Of a DNA stretch of 64,000 nt, positions 1 to 8,936 are shown piece by piece; the stretch's first letter is position 1; each line of letters opens with the position of its first letter. Under the pieces are notes generated by a model. It was not told where the DNA came from, searched no databases, and saw only the letters and a list, made by a program, of their open reading frames with translations. A program made the translations under genes and the position numbers. Source of the DNA: a virus (taxonomy: Duplodnaviria; Caudoviricetes); IMG/VR virus record IMGVR_UViG_3300015607_004069, positions 96,001-160,000 of that record. One strand, 5' to 3'.

Positions 1-85
1 ATGTGGTCTGTTAAAGGCAAATAAAATTAACGGTGTCATAGTTGACCATTTAAAATTAGTGGGAATGAGATATTATTATCTGACA

Positions 86-1582
86 TTATTGTATATCGTA
101 TCGTTGTCTGTAAAATTCATATAGCGCTGCGGTATTTTGATCTCTAATGATGGTCGCTGCTTCTTCTGTTTCTTCGAGTCCTGCAGCATAGGGTCTAAAT
201 AGAATGATTTCAGCTGCTTGCCAATATCCACCATACATTTCAGTTTCGTCCAGATCATTATCTGGGCCATAATAATATGATACACCAATAGTCGGTAAAT
301 TAGCCGCCGGTGCATTATTTAAATCATTAGATGCACTATTGACAACAAGGTTGCCATTCAACCACATTTTGAATTCATTATTGCGTCCACGTACTTGATA
401 GATATGCCATTGAGTCAGATCTATAGGCAATGGAAATAATTCGCGTCGGACATCAGAGCCAAAACGTTCATAAAGCACACCATTTGTTTCTGGATAATGC
501 GTATCAGTATCATTTGTCTCTGGTGGCGTTGGTTCGCCAACCAGATACCATAGACCACTATCCTGTGTATCGAGCGGCGGTATTGGATGTAATCTTCTTA
601 ATACAACCATTGCTTCATAGCCATCTTCTGGATTGCCAAAAATGTTTTGAGTAAAATCGGATGTATCTATGAATCTTAATCTGGTCCCGCCTTGGAACTC
701 GATAGCATTAAATGTAACATTTCCAGATGAAACACCAGTTCTGTAGATGGGTCTAAGCGATAAATGGTCTTGGTATATTAAACCACCATTATAGGCCCAG
801 ATACTGACTGGGTCGCCATCCAGAGCTGGATCGCCTGCATCACCGGGAGTCTGTTTAAAGACCACAGGACTTTCTGCAATGACTGGGTCTGGGTGATTAT
901 TAGCAGTGAGCATAATACCCATAATATTTGGATACAGAGGTAATGTTCTTTGTGTCACGGTACTGGTGAATTCCGATTGGCCTACGGTGGTTTTTGCTGC
1001 TACTCTAAATACGTAGGTTGTATCAGTCGCAAGGCCTGTAATATCTGCTGATGTTTGTACAACTTCACCAAATGTCGCAAACGATGGTTCTTCTGACTGA
1101 CGATATTGGACCACAAATGTGAGATTGTCAGGGTCGGAACCTTTGTCTATTGGTTCTGTCCAGAGCAAATTAACTATCTCTTGTGAATACCCATCAACAA
1201 CAAGATTGATCGGTGCGCTGGGCGGTTCTGCAACGACAGCAGCGGCATCCAATCGCATAAAGTCCCTGAATTCAGCATCGGAAATTAATTCTAGCAGTTC
1301 CTGCTGGCTGAAGCTGTCTCCATACGATGAGCCGTCTTGGTTCGCTCCGCTGATCTTTAGAATTCCGTCAGATCCCCAAATCACGACTTTATAGAATGAA
1401 ACCAACCCATCTGGTTTGTTTGTATTCACACCAAGGATTGATAAAAACTGATCGAAGGCATGTTGTATGTTCGATGGATCGTCGGTTATCTTGCGGTAGC
1501 TGGATGGGTCTTTAATGCCTTCCCATGTCACAAATGAGCCATCTGTATTAATAGCTCCGCCATATGCATGCCAATATTTCAT
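86..1582 (-). CDS. Putative virion/adhesin protein: N-terminal domain + fibronectin type III + LamG/ConA-like domain
   Basis: Fn3 signature PPSAPINL..NLLWTEP..FVVQYR..ITGLATDTTYVFRVAAKT..GQS; C-terminal WHIYQV..FKMWLNG..IG pattern typical of LamG-like domains. Confidence 0.65.
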   Translation of the reverse strand: MKYWHAYGGAINTDGSFVTWEGIKDPSSYRKITDDPSNIQHAFDQFLSILGVNTNKPDGLVSFYKVVIWGSDGILKISGANQDGSSYGDSFSQQELLELISDAEFRDFMRLDAAAVVAEPPSAPINLVVDGYSQEIVNLLWTEPIDKGSDPDNLTFVVQYRQSEEPSFATFGEVVQTSADITGLATDTTYVFRVAAKTTVGQSEFTSTVTQRTLPLYPNIMGIMLTANNHPDPVIAESPVVFKQTPGDAGDPALDGDPVSIWAYNGGLIYQDHLSLRPIYRTGVSSGNVTFNAIEFQGGTRLRFIDTSDFTQNIFGNPEDGYEAMVVLRRLHPIPPLDTQDSGLWYLVGEPTPPETNDTDTHYPETNGVLYERFGSDVRRELFPLPIDLTQWHIYQVRGRNNEFKMWLNGNLVVNSASNDLNNAPAANLPTIGVSYYYGPDNDLDETEMYGGYWQAAEIILFRPYAAGLEETEEAATIIRDQNTAALYEFYRQRYDIQ

Positions 1583-1625
1583 ATCTGTGATCTTTCGATG
1601 TTGGTTGAATGTATTTTAAATTTAC

Positions 1626-1823
1626 ATGAGACAAAATCAAGGAACTGTCATGACAATTAAAGATGTATGCCTGTTAGTTTGGATTATAACCATTCCGTCA
1701 TGCATTATCATCAACTGCCTAAAACTAGATGGGACGACCATTGCATTGTTAATTATTTTATGGCTGTTGCTGATTCAGTTCATGTTATTGGAATTCGATA
1801 TTAAATTGTGGAAGTTGAAATAA
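1626..1823 (+). CDS. Small membrane protein
   Basis: 65 aa, two hydrophobic segments. Confidence 0.45.
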   Translation: MRQNQGTVMTIKDVCLLVWIITIPSCIIINCLKLDGTTIALLIILWLLLIQFMLLEFDIKLWKLK

Positions 1824-1825
1824 TA

Positions 1826-1996
1826 TTATTGGCTGACTTCAATAGGGGCCATTAATTCGACTCCGCAATAACAGCAGTAATTTGGGAAAAAATCTGTCGA
1901 ACCTCTTTTTATAAAGAAGGTGTTTTTGCAATTAGTGCATTCGACCTCTAAATGGGTACATTCAATTGGCGGGTGTTCTGGATAAAGATTCGCCAT
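1826..1996 (-). CDS. Small zinc-ribbon protein (not in ORF track)
   Basis: Translated by hand: MANLYPEHPPIECTHLEVECTNCKNTF...NYCCYCGVELMAPIEVSQ, two CxxC pairs. Confidence 0.55.
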   Translation of the reverse strand: MANLYPEHPPIECTHLEVECTNCKNTFFIKRGSTDFFPNYCCYCGVELMAPIEVSQ

Positions 1997-2062
1997 AATT
2001 ACTCTAGATTAGAATTGCTGACATAAATTTATGTCGGAAGTGTGTTAATAGGACTTAATCTT

Positions 2063-2557
2063 ATGAAACTGTGTCAGACTATATTCATCTTTTGCGTTTC
2101 AATTTTGCTGCAAGAACCGCCGAAGAAATTAAACCTGACCCATACTACCAGTTTTGTTGTTTTTCCGGCTGATACGAATGCCAATCCTCCCATGGCCTTT
2201 GGTGGCAACCTCCTTGCCCATATGGATCGATGTGCTGCTATCACCACTAGGCGGTTTCTTTATGATTCGCCGGTAGGAGCAAAAGACTATGTAACTGTCG
2301 GATTAGACAAAGGTGTTTTTCATAAGGGAGCGAAAGTAAAAGATCTGATTTATGTGACAGGAACAGTAATAAAGGCCAAATCAAAAATCGTGGTAGTCAA
2401 AGTCATCGTAGAAAAAGAAATATCAAAGGACGTTAGGGAATTGCTGCTGGAAGCAGAATTCACTTTTTGTTCGGTGGAAATCACTAAAGACGATCAAGGG
2501 AATGACAAAGTGAAGGCCATCGAGCATAAATTGAATGTTGATAGTACTATGAAGTAG
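2063..2557 (+). CDS. Hotdog-fold acyl-CoA thioesterase (YciA-like) with hydrophobic N-terminus
   Basis: VFPADTN..AFGGNLLAHMDRCAA, VTVGLDKGVFHKGAKVKDLI, AEFTFCSV motifs. Confidence 0.8.
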   Translation: MKLCQTIFIFCVSILLQEPPKKLNLTHTTSFVVFPADTNANPPMAFGGNLLAHMDRCAAITTRRFLYDSPVGAKDYVTVGLDKGVFHKGAKVKDLIYVTGTVIKAKSKIVVVKVIVEKEISKDVRELLLEAEFTFCSVEITKDDQGNDKVKAIEHKLNVDSTMK

Positions 2558-2699
2558 CAGCTGGCTGGGTTTTAGACTTATGCCTCTTAATAGCATGTGC
2601 GAGCATCAATTTATTGCCGATTTCATATAGTTCTTCTCTAGTGTACTTTTTGGAACACTTGGGACAGATTGTATTATAATAATACTTGTGTTTGTGCAT
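2547..2699 (-). CDS. Small zinc-finger protein
   Basis: CPKC...HAIKRH; start reassigned to ATG at 2699. Confidence 0.45.
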   Translation of the reverse strand: MHKHKYYYNTICPKCSKKYTREELYEIGNKLMLAHAIKRHKSKTQPAATS

Positions 2700-2751
2700 T
2701 CTATACAGATTAATTGCAAATGATCTGGTGGCACAAACTGGTAAGGAGAAA

Positions 2752-3264
2752 ATGATGAAGATTCTGGCTCTTGACATTGATGGTGTTTTGACGACTTCTG
2801 AATCCGTCTGGAATAGTCACTTGCAGAGTCATGAATTTAATGCTGACTGTGTTAAACGTCTAAAACAAATCATTGCTGAGACGCAATGCCAGATACTTGT
2901 CACTTCATCATGGAGATTTCGTGGTGAACGCTGGATTAAGGGCTTTTTTAAGAAATCCGGCATTGATGTCCTTGATTTGACAAATGATTTGGGAAGACAA
3001 GGTAGAGGTGCAGAAATTAGGGAATGGGTAGCAAGAAATCCATCTGTCACTGCTGTGGTTGCAGTGGATGATGACTGGTTTGTTGGTGTACCTCTTGTTC
3101 AGACTTCATGGTCAGAAGGTCTAACAGATTCTGTGATGTCGGATCTGATTCGGCTCTTGAACCAGCAAAATAACATTCTTCGCAAAACCATGGACTTATC
3201 TGAACGGCATAAGGTCCGAAACCATTGTCGCAGAATTCGGCTGTCATTTTCGAATTGCAAATAG
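2752..3264 (+). CDS. HAD phosphatase, Swiss-army-knife RNA-repair type (HAD_SAK_2-like)
   Basis: LDIDGVL, VTSSWR, RGAEIREW, VAVDD, GLT motifs; AAGGAG RBS. Confidence 0.8.
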   Translation: MMKILALDIDGVLTTSESVWNSHLQSHEFNADCVKRLKQIIAETQCQILVTSSWRFRGERWIKGFFKKSGIDVLDLTNDLGRQGRGAEIREWVARNPSVTAVVAVDDDWFVGVPLVQTSWSEGLTDSVMSDLIRLLNQQNNILRKTMDLSERHKVRNHCRRIRLSFSNCK

Positions 3265-3370
3265 GACACAATTCTACTGGTTCACTAATGAAAATATCAA
3301 TTCCGCCGACCTCATTAGTAGCATACATTTTTCCATTATATGATTGCAGTTCGCCTTCTTCATAAAACAT
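3047..3370 (-). CDS. Zinc-ribbon hypothetical protein
   Basis: CPIC..EFCDNGFG..PWFCEEC; GGAG RBS. Confidence 0.55.
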   Translation of the reverse strand: MFYEEGELQSYNGKMYATNEVGGIDIFISEPVELCPICNSKMTAEFCDNGFGPYAVQISPWFCEECYFAGSRAESDPTSQNLLDLLTMKSEQEVHQQTSHHPLQPQQ

Positions 3371-3461
3371 GGTTCGCTCCCGTTACATAACAATACAATA
3401 CTAATCTCGTGTCGTTGAAAGACATACAGTATCATAACCAGACCACGGATCGAGATAAGCT

Positions 3462-3731
3462 ATGAAACATGTTAAGACGGTCACTGTACCAGCTACCACA
3501 CGTGAGTTGGTCGAAAAAGTGACATGTGATTTGTGCCAAAAGATCATTAAGAAAGGTTATCATGAAATAGATGAGGTGATTATTTCACATAGTGTTGGCT
3601 TCAATTCAGCTTCTGGTGGCAATCAGACCATAGAACTGGTTGATATGTGTGGCGAATGCTTTCAGACCAAATTCAAAGACTGGTTAAAAAGTATGGGTGT
3701 TAAGACCACCGCACAGGAATGTGATTGGTAG
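3462..3731 (+). CDS. Phage hypothetical protein (CxxC..CxxC)
   Basis: TCDLC...DMCGEC. Confidence 0.6.
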   Translation: MKHVKTVTVPATTRELVEKVTCDLCQKIIKKGYHEIDEVIISHSVGFNSASGGNQTIELVDMCGECFQTKFKDWLKSMGVKTTAQECDW

Positions 3732-3750
3732 GATCTATTCAGGAGACACT

Positions 3751-4212
3751 ATGGCTATCAGAGCGTTATTGCTAGGAGATAGAGAATGTGCACTCATTGA
3801 GCGTGTGGTCAAACACGCCTTCCGTTTTCCGGTATCACTGACCAAAGTAAAAGAAACAATAGCTGGCACTGAACCACCTGTCGGTGATAATCCTGAATTT
3901 TGCTGCATCATTCCTAACGGCTTCAGATGCGTCTTTTCCTTTGAAGAGCAGCCACACGGCTGGTGTCGTCATCTTTCGATCTCAATTCCGACCGTCGATG
4001 GTGCACCGAGTCCGATTGCTGTGGAAATGTTGATGCCAGCTTTTGGATTTACCGGTAAATTGACTGACTGTTATGTCTGGGTCACTCGTCAACCTCATTT
4101 CTGTGTTGAGGTTCTACAACTGGTCACTGATGAAGACGAAAAGGGCCAATTGGTCTGGAATATGACATATAGAACCATGAAAGAAGCAAAACGCGAACAA
4201 CCATTGATGTGA
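3751..4212 (+). CDS. Phage hypothetical protein
   Basis: GGAG RBS; CRHLSIS motif common in phage proteins. Confidence 0.6.
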   Translation: MAIRALLLGDRECALIERVVKHAFRFPVSLTKVKETIAGTEPPVGDNPEFCCIIPNGFRCVFSFEEQPHGWCRHLSISIPTVDGAPSPIAVEMLMPAFGFTGKLTDCYVWVTRQPHFCVEVLQLVTDEDEKGQLVWNMTYRTMKEAKREQPLM

Positions 4213-4565
4213 GTATCATTATGGAAAAACAGGCTTATAAATTCTATAACACGGTGTCGTCTGCTGGTCTACATGACTGGATTCGATATAAGGGAGTAAA
4301 GGAGTCGGTTGACGGTACAGTGTTGCATATTTATGATGATCTAGTGTCGGTAGACAATACGGCCAGCGATGCAGAGTGGGCAGAAATGATGCTACGTGCC
4401 AATGAAATCACTGAGGAAGATTTCATGCTGACAGTTCAAGATTTTCTGGCTGATATCAAAGGAACGTGCGATGACACCAGTCAGAAGATCGCCAATAGTT
4501 TAGAAAACTGGCCTGATGATTATTGGCAAGATAAGGAATTACTACGGATTATGAGAATCTATTAG
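4209..4565 (+). CDS. Hypothetical protein
   Basis: ORF coupled to upstream stop. Confidence 0.5.
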   Translation: MSIIMEKQAYKFYNTVSSAGLHDWIRYKGVKESVDGTVLHIYDDLVSVDNTASDAEWAEMMLRANEITEEDFMLTVQDFLADIKGTCDDTSQKIANSLENWPDDYWQDKELLRIMRIY

Positions 4566-4712
4566 TCCCACGCCATTGGATTAGAGGTACGTAGTTGTGC
4601 GGCTGATTCTTTATACCATTGAATGACTTTTTCAAAGTCGTCCGATGGTACCCCAAGTTCAGTGCATATTCTTTTAGCACCGATGATGCTGATGAACAGA
4701 ATATCGCCGCTG

Positions 4713-5048
4713 TTAGTGTTTTTGGTGAGACACTGCAGCATTGCCATCAAGACTGTTAATGATGTCTCTAAGGATGGCCGATCTGTCTGGATTGAACATG
4801 GGTGAGCAACAACCCGCTCCGAAGGCCGGAGCGAGTTCCCAATGCGGCTGTGTGATAATGTAGTCGTAGATGCCACAAGTGTACCTCTGGTGTTCATTTT
4901 GTTTCACTTCGATAGGGGTCAGATGAATACAGGAATAGTCTGTAGAACTGGTCACGCTTCCGAAAGGGCATGGTCCACGTTTACAGCAGAAGCCAGAGCC
5001 TACGCAAGGCGAGGCACCATCATATAATGGTAGTGGGGAACGGGTCAT
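4713..5048 (-). CDS. Cys-rich (YkgJ/CxxCxxCC-like) metal-cluster protein
   Basis: CVGSGFCCKRGPC..CIHL..CGIY..GCC. Confidence 0.5.
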   Translation of the reverse strand: MTRSPLPLYDGASPCVGSGFCCKRGPCPFGSVTSSTDYSCIHLTPIEVKQNEHQRYTCGIYDYIITQPHWELAPAFGAGCCSPMFNPDRSAILRDIINSLDGNAAVSHQKH

Positions 5049-5144
5049 ACTAGCCAGTGATACACATCGAATTTCCATTAATTCGGTTGGATAGAAATTA
5101 ATGAGGGATTTTATCGTATTAGTCTCCATAGGAAATGTTTTGGA

Positions 5145-5792
5145 GTGTATATGGCACGCTTAGCGGAAATCAATGGAAAAAGGAAGCACCTCGTCGTCGT
5201 TTGTGAGGGTGCTCTCAGTCGGCTTTTGAGTAAGTCTGGGCATCCTTTTGCTATCATGACTGCATACCGTGGAAATCTATCCAAGGAGCAGAATATTGCT
5301 AGAAACAGGAATCTCAGATCGTCTCTGAATGCAAATCGCATGGGTGTCCATCAGCTGATCGGACACTATCAAGAGCAGATCAATCAAAGTATTCCTTTCG
5401 AACAGTCTGATCACAGAAATCTGCGTGATGTGGTAGAACGATCATACTTTGTCAGCAAGCCGGGCGACATGCCGTTTGATGATTTTCGTTCTATTATTTT
5501 GAAACTTGCTTCTGATTTCGATCAGGATAGCGTGGTGCTGGGCGACGGCCAGCAGGTCAAACTTGTGTTCGTCAATGGCGAGGTTATCGACTTGGGCAAT
5601 CGTGTCTCTGTGAATAAGATCGGCCAAGCATATAGCCAACATATTAGAAAGATGAATGTGCCTTTTGTATTTGAAGGGATCGAGTCGCCTGTCAGCAACG
5701 CCGGTCGTTTAGGGTTTGCCAGATTGGGTCTTTTGGCCCCAGATGCTCATGAGCCTACAATCGATCTAATGGTTGAAGAGATATTAAATTAA
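5145..5792 (+). CDS. SAM lyase-like (T3 SAMase / DUF3293-like) protein
   Basis: MTAYRGNL..NIARNRNL..LIGHYQE..VERSYFV..LASDFDQDSVVL follows the motif order of T3 SAMase as recalled. Confidence 0.6.
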   Translation: MYMARLAEINGKRKHLVVVCEGALSRLLSKSGHPFAIMTAYRGNLSKEQNIARNRNLRSSLNANRMGVHQLIGHYQEQINQSIPFEQSDHRNLRDVVERSYFVSKPGDMPFDDFRSIILKLASDFDQDSVVLGDGQQVKLVFVNGEVIDLGNRVSVNKIGQAYSQHIRKMNVPFVFEGIESPVSNAGRLGFARLGLLAPDAHEPTIDLMVEEILN

Positions 5793-5829
5793 TGATGGCC
5801 GAGAGGCTACCCGCACTCTCGGCCATCAT
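5792..5829. terminator. 14-bp hairpin after SAMase-like gene
   Basis: ATGATGGCCGAGAG / CTCTCGGCCATCAT perfect inverted repeat. Confidence 0.65.
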
Positions 5830-5992
5830 ATTCGTCCTAAGGCGAATGCTAATTATTCCACTCTAATTTTGTGAGACAGTATCGAATGAATATGAGCAAA
5901 TTTGATAAATTCATTGTTCTAATGTCCAACCCATATTTTATGGGTATGTTCGGATTCATTGTTGGTGTGATTGTGCAGATGAAAGGTCCAAA

Positions 5993-6241
5993 ATGAATGA
6001 CGATCATAAGTTCCTTGCTGTAATATTGGCAGCAGGTGGCATCTGCGCATTTATGTCAGCTATTGGATATGCCGTTTTTGGCTATGAATGGTGGGTGCCA
6101 ATCGGAAGTGATAAATTAGAACGTTGGTCAGTTTTAATTGGTCTTCATTTGGTATTGTTAATATTGGGTGGGTGGTCAATCCACTTGATCATTCAAGATA
6201 TTCACGCTACCTCAGCGCGAGTATACAAGCCTAGGAGGTAG
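5993..6241 (+). CDS. Small membrane protein
   Basis: Two hydrophobic helices. Confidence 0.55.
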   Translation: MNDDHKFLAVILAAGGICAFMSAIGYAVFGYEWWVPIGSDKLERWSVLIGLHLVLLILGGWSIHLIIQDIHATSARVYKPRR

Positions 6242-6243
6242 TC

Positions 6244-6429
6244 ATGCCAGAAGAAATTCATACAGCAGAAGTCAAAGTGACATCGACATGCCCAACTTGT
6301 GGCAAGCCATATGTGAGAACTGAATACGCACTGATGGTTATGCAATATCCTAATATATGTGGCTTGACCATGTGTGATAAATGCGATGAAGATGATCTCA
6401 TTATGGTTAGATTGAATAAAACTTATTGA
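6244..6429 (+). CDS. Small zinc-ribbon protein
   Basis: CPTC..CDKC; AGGAGG RBS. Confidence 0.6.
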   Translation: MPEEIHTAEVKVTSTCPTCGKPYVRTEYALMVMQYPNICGLTMCDKCDEDDLIMVRLNKTY

Positions 6430-6500
6430 ACAAAGAGAGACAAACCATGAGCCGTATAAGGAAGCCTGTCTTGTAGGTACCAACCTACAGGAGCAGGAAA

Positions 6501-6719
6501 ATGTTCGAGTCAATGTTCAGGCACCCACGTTCTACTCAAGAACGACGGGCTGTCGGTCGTCGTGGCGTAATTCAGCATGATGAGTATAGAATTTTCATAA
6601 GAGGGAAGAGAAGGCACTCACAGTTGCCAGACTCTTATGATGACATCATCAAATCGAATTTCACAAATCTTAAAAGGTCTTGGAAATACAAGACCAAAAA
6701 TCGTCACCAATATGATTAA
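6501..6719 (+). CDS. Basic phage hypothetical protein
   Basis: RHPRSTQERR..LPDSYDD..RSWK pattern common in large phages. Confidence 0.6.
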   Translation: MFESMFRHPRSTQERRAVGRRGVIQHDEYRIFIRGKRRHSQLPDSYDDIIKSNFTNLKRSWKYKTKNRHQYD

Positions 6720-7675
6720 TTGTCGTTGGCGTATGCGATGACTTTTTCTACATAGACAAAACCTTTCGTTCTGAACCAGTCTACACCAAATTTTGTAGCC
6801 GTTTTAAAGGCTCGGTTTGCTAATGTCTGATCGATTACTAAAATACCATCTCTATATATTTTGAAATTATCACCTTTAGTAACTATTCTGACTGATATAG
6901 AGCTATAATTAGCGTTGCCGTCATTGTCTGATAATCCTAGACTACCAAGAGAGCTGGGTGTACCATTGATTATCCGAACAGGTGCCAAAAAGGGCGGAGA
7001 ATGATAAATATACCATCCATTGTTATTATCAACAGTGTTGAAATGAATGCCCATTCCAGAACCAAAATTAGGATCGATTGTTAGATCGAAAGTTATATCA
7101 ATGTCCGCATGATTAGCGTCATTTTCTATGCCGACATTGTTCGTTGTGCCATTACCCAAATCGAGTTTCCCGCCTGACAATAGATATGATGAGGGAAATA
7201 CTTCTGTCCATGGATTGCCTATATCTGGTGTGTGACTTGTTAATCCACCTGTTCCATCGAAATTATCTAAAAATATAGGAGTCGGTTCAGGCGGTCCGGG
7301 CGGTTCTGGGATAATCGGAGAAGTATCAATAAATTCGCGTATAAAATCAGAATCTGTATTAAGAATAGCGCCAATATTGGTTAATGTACTATTGGTAACT
7401 GGATCTATTAAATCGCTATCTTCGGCAATGATGACTTCAAGACCATGGACATTTGTAAAAGAGAATCGAAAGACAGTGTTGGTAATATTTTGATCGATAA
7501 TAGATGTTTTTGCCCTTAAACCGAGAGAATTTATTAAATCAACTATTAGTGGTAATGTAGAAACATCTGGGCCAGTTTTGTAAAAACCAGAACCGTCTTT
7601 ACTATAGGCCGATGATGTCCATGTGCCATCACGATAGGTTACGATAGTCGTTAAATACCAGATTGTTTTGCTCAT
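6716..7675 (-). CDS. Putative virion protein: N-terminal domain, Pro-rich linker, beta-sandwich (lectin-like) domain
   Basis: PEPPGPPEPTP linker, then FLDNFDG..LTSHTPD..W and beta-rich C-terminus. Confidence 0.55.
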   Translation of the reverse strand: MSKTIWYLTTIVTYRDGTWTSSAYSKDGSGFYKTGPDVSTLPLIVDLINSLGLRAKTSIIDQNITNTVFRFSFTNVHGLEVIIAEDSDLIDPVTNSTLTNIGAILNTDSDFIREFIDTSPIIPEPPGPPEPTPIFLDNFDGTGGLTSHTPDIGNPWTEVFPSSYLLSGGKLDLGNGTTNNVGIENDANHADIDITFDLTIDPNFGSGMGIHFNTVDNNNGWYIYHSPPFLAPVRIINGTPSSLGSLGLSDNDGNANYSSISVRIVTKGDNFKIYRDGILVIDQTLANRAFKTATKFGVDWFRTKGFVYVEKVIAYANDN

Positions 7676-7679
7676 AAAA

Positions 7680-8039
7680 CTATATTTGGTTCGTTAATTT
7701 CCAGAATCGTTCTCGTAATGCTCTATATACGCCCTTTCCTCTGTGTTTTTCGGCCACAAAAGCATTGACCGTCCACGACTCGATTTTTTGCCCTAGTGGA
7801 TCATAGGACAACCAGCCTATGATTTCACCTTCATACATAGCAAATAGAAAATAGGGATCGCGGCGATAGGTTTGAATCATCCATGCGATTCCTGACCCCT
7901 TTAGTTCGATGGTTACACCGGTTTTCTCATCGTATTCACAGTTTGCACCGAGAGTCAGATTATTTAAAATATGGCATTTTATTTTGTCAGTTAAACAACT
8001 GAATTTGATGAAATTCTTAAAGACGTATAGGTTTTCCAT
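7680..8039 (-). CDS. GNAT-family acetyltransferase
   Basis: EIIGW..FVAEKHRGKGVYRAL acetyl-CoA binding motif. Confidence 0.65.
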   Translation of the reverse strand: MENLYVFKNFIKFSCLTDKIKCHILNNLTLGANCEYDEKTGVTIELKGSGIAWMIQTYRRDPYFLFAMYEGEIIGWLSYDPLGQKIESWTVNAFVAEKHRGKGVYRALRERFWKLTNQI

Positions 8040-8433
8040 TTAAACACCCCTTCAGAATTCTCAGAACGGTAGGCTTATGATACTTGATTTCCTTAGCATT
8101 GTCATATAATACATCGACAATCGTTTTGGCGATCTGCTTAATTAGTTCTTCAGTTATTAATTTCCTTCTGATGAAAATGTTTTGTGTCGCTGGTGATTTC
8201 CAATTATAGATTTTATCTGGATGCATGGGTCTAAATAGGCCATCAAACACTTCCAATTTACCATCCTGAAAATCAACCCAGTCATCAGTTGACATCGATT
8301 CGAGCAATGTGCTAAGAGTTGATTTCTGGTTCTTTTTATCTGTCAACAGCCAGCGTGGTTTATTATGGATAACAACATAGACCACAATCTGACCGCGCAC
8401 TTTTGCTAACGCTTTAATGTCTTGTTCTGTCAT
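8017..8433 (-). CDS. Hypothetical protein
   Basis: ORF in coupled minus-strand run. Confidence 0.55.
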   Translation of the reverse strand: MTEQDIKALAKVRGQIVVYVVIHNKPRWLLTDKKNQKSTLSTLLESMSTDDWVDFQDGKLEVFDGLFRPMHPDKIYNWKSPATQNIFIRRKLITEELIKQIAKTIVDVLYDNAKEIKYHKPTVLRILKGCLNGKPIRL

Positions 8434-8924
8434 TGGTATCTCCGAGTTACTCTAGGTTGCTCTAGGTTGCTTTCTATAGCCAGTCTGTCAATGATTTTTA
8501 ATTCTTCTACTGTACGTCCGTCACGGTTTCCACCAATTAGGCTCCAGAACTTCAATTCAATATCATCTGGCCAATTAGAATTAAGAGGCTGGCCAATGTA
8601 GATCGGCTCCAGATAATGATCGACTATGGCCCACCAAATGACATCGCCGTGATCTTCATGGTATTCTGTGGCATGTTTCAGCTGATGATACTCTTTGAAC
8701 ATTTCATATAGCGTATCTATGGCGAGCTTGGCCATTGACAGCTTGATTGTCATCTGTTCTAATATGCCATCCTTGATTTTTTGATCTGACAGATAATACT
8801 TCTCATCGAGAACTTTTTCACCGGTTTTCTTGGCATGTACTATAAAATCTTCGACCATCTGGTCAAGAATGCAAGTGATTTCTGCTCCCGCTTCAAAAGC
8901 GATCTTGATTTGTTCTTCTTTCAT
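8430..8924 (-). CDS. Hypothetical protein
   Basis: ORF in coupled minus-strand run. Confidence 0.55.
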   Translation of the reverse strand: MKEEQIKIAFEAGAEITCILDQMVEDFIVHAKKTGEKVLDEKYYLSDQKIKDGILEQMTIKLSMAKLAIDTLYEMFKEYHQLKHATEYHEDHGDVIWWAIVDHYLEPIYIGQPLNSNWPDDIELKFWSLIGGNRDGRTVEELKIIDRLAIESNLEQPRVTRRYQ

Positions 8925-8936
8925 CTATTATTAATA

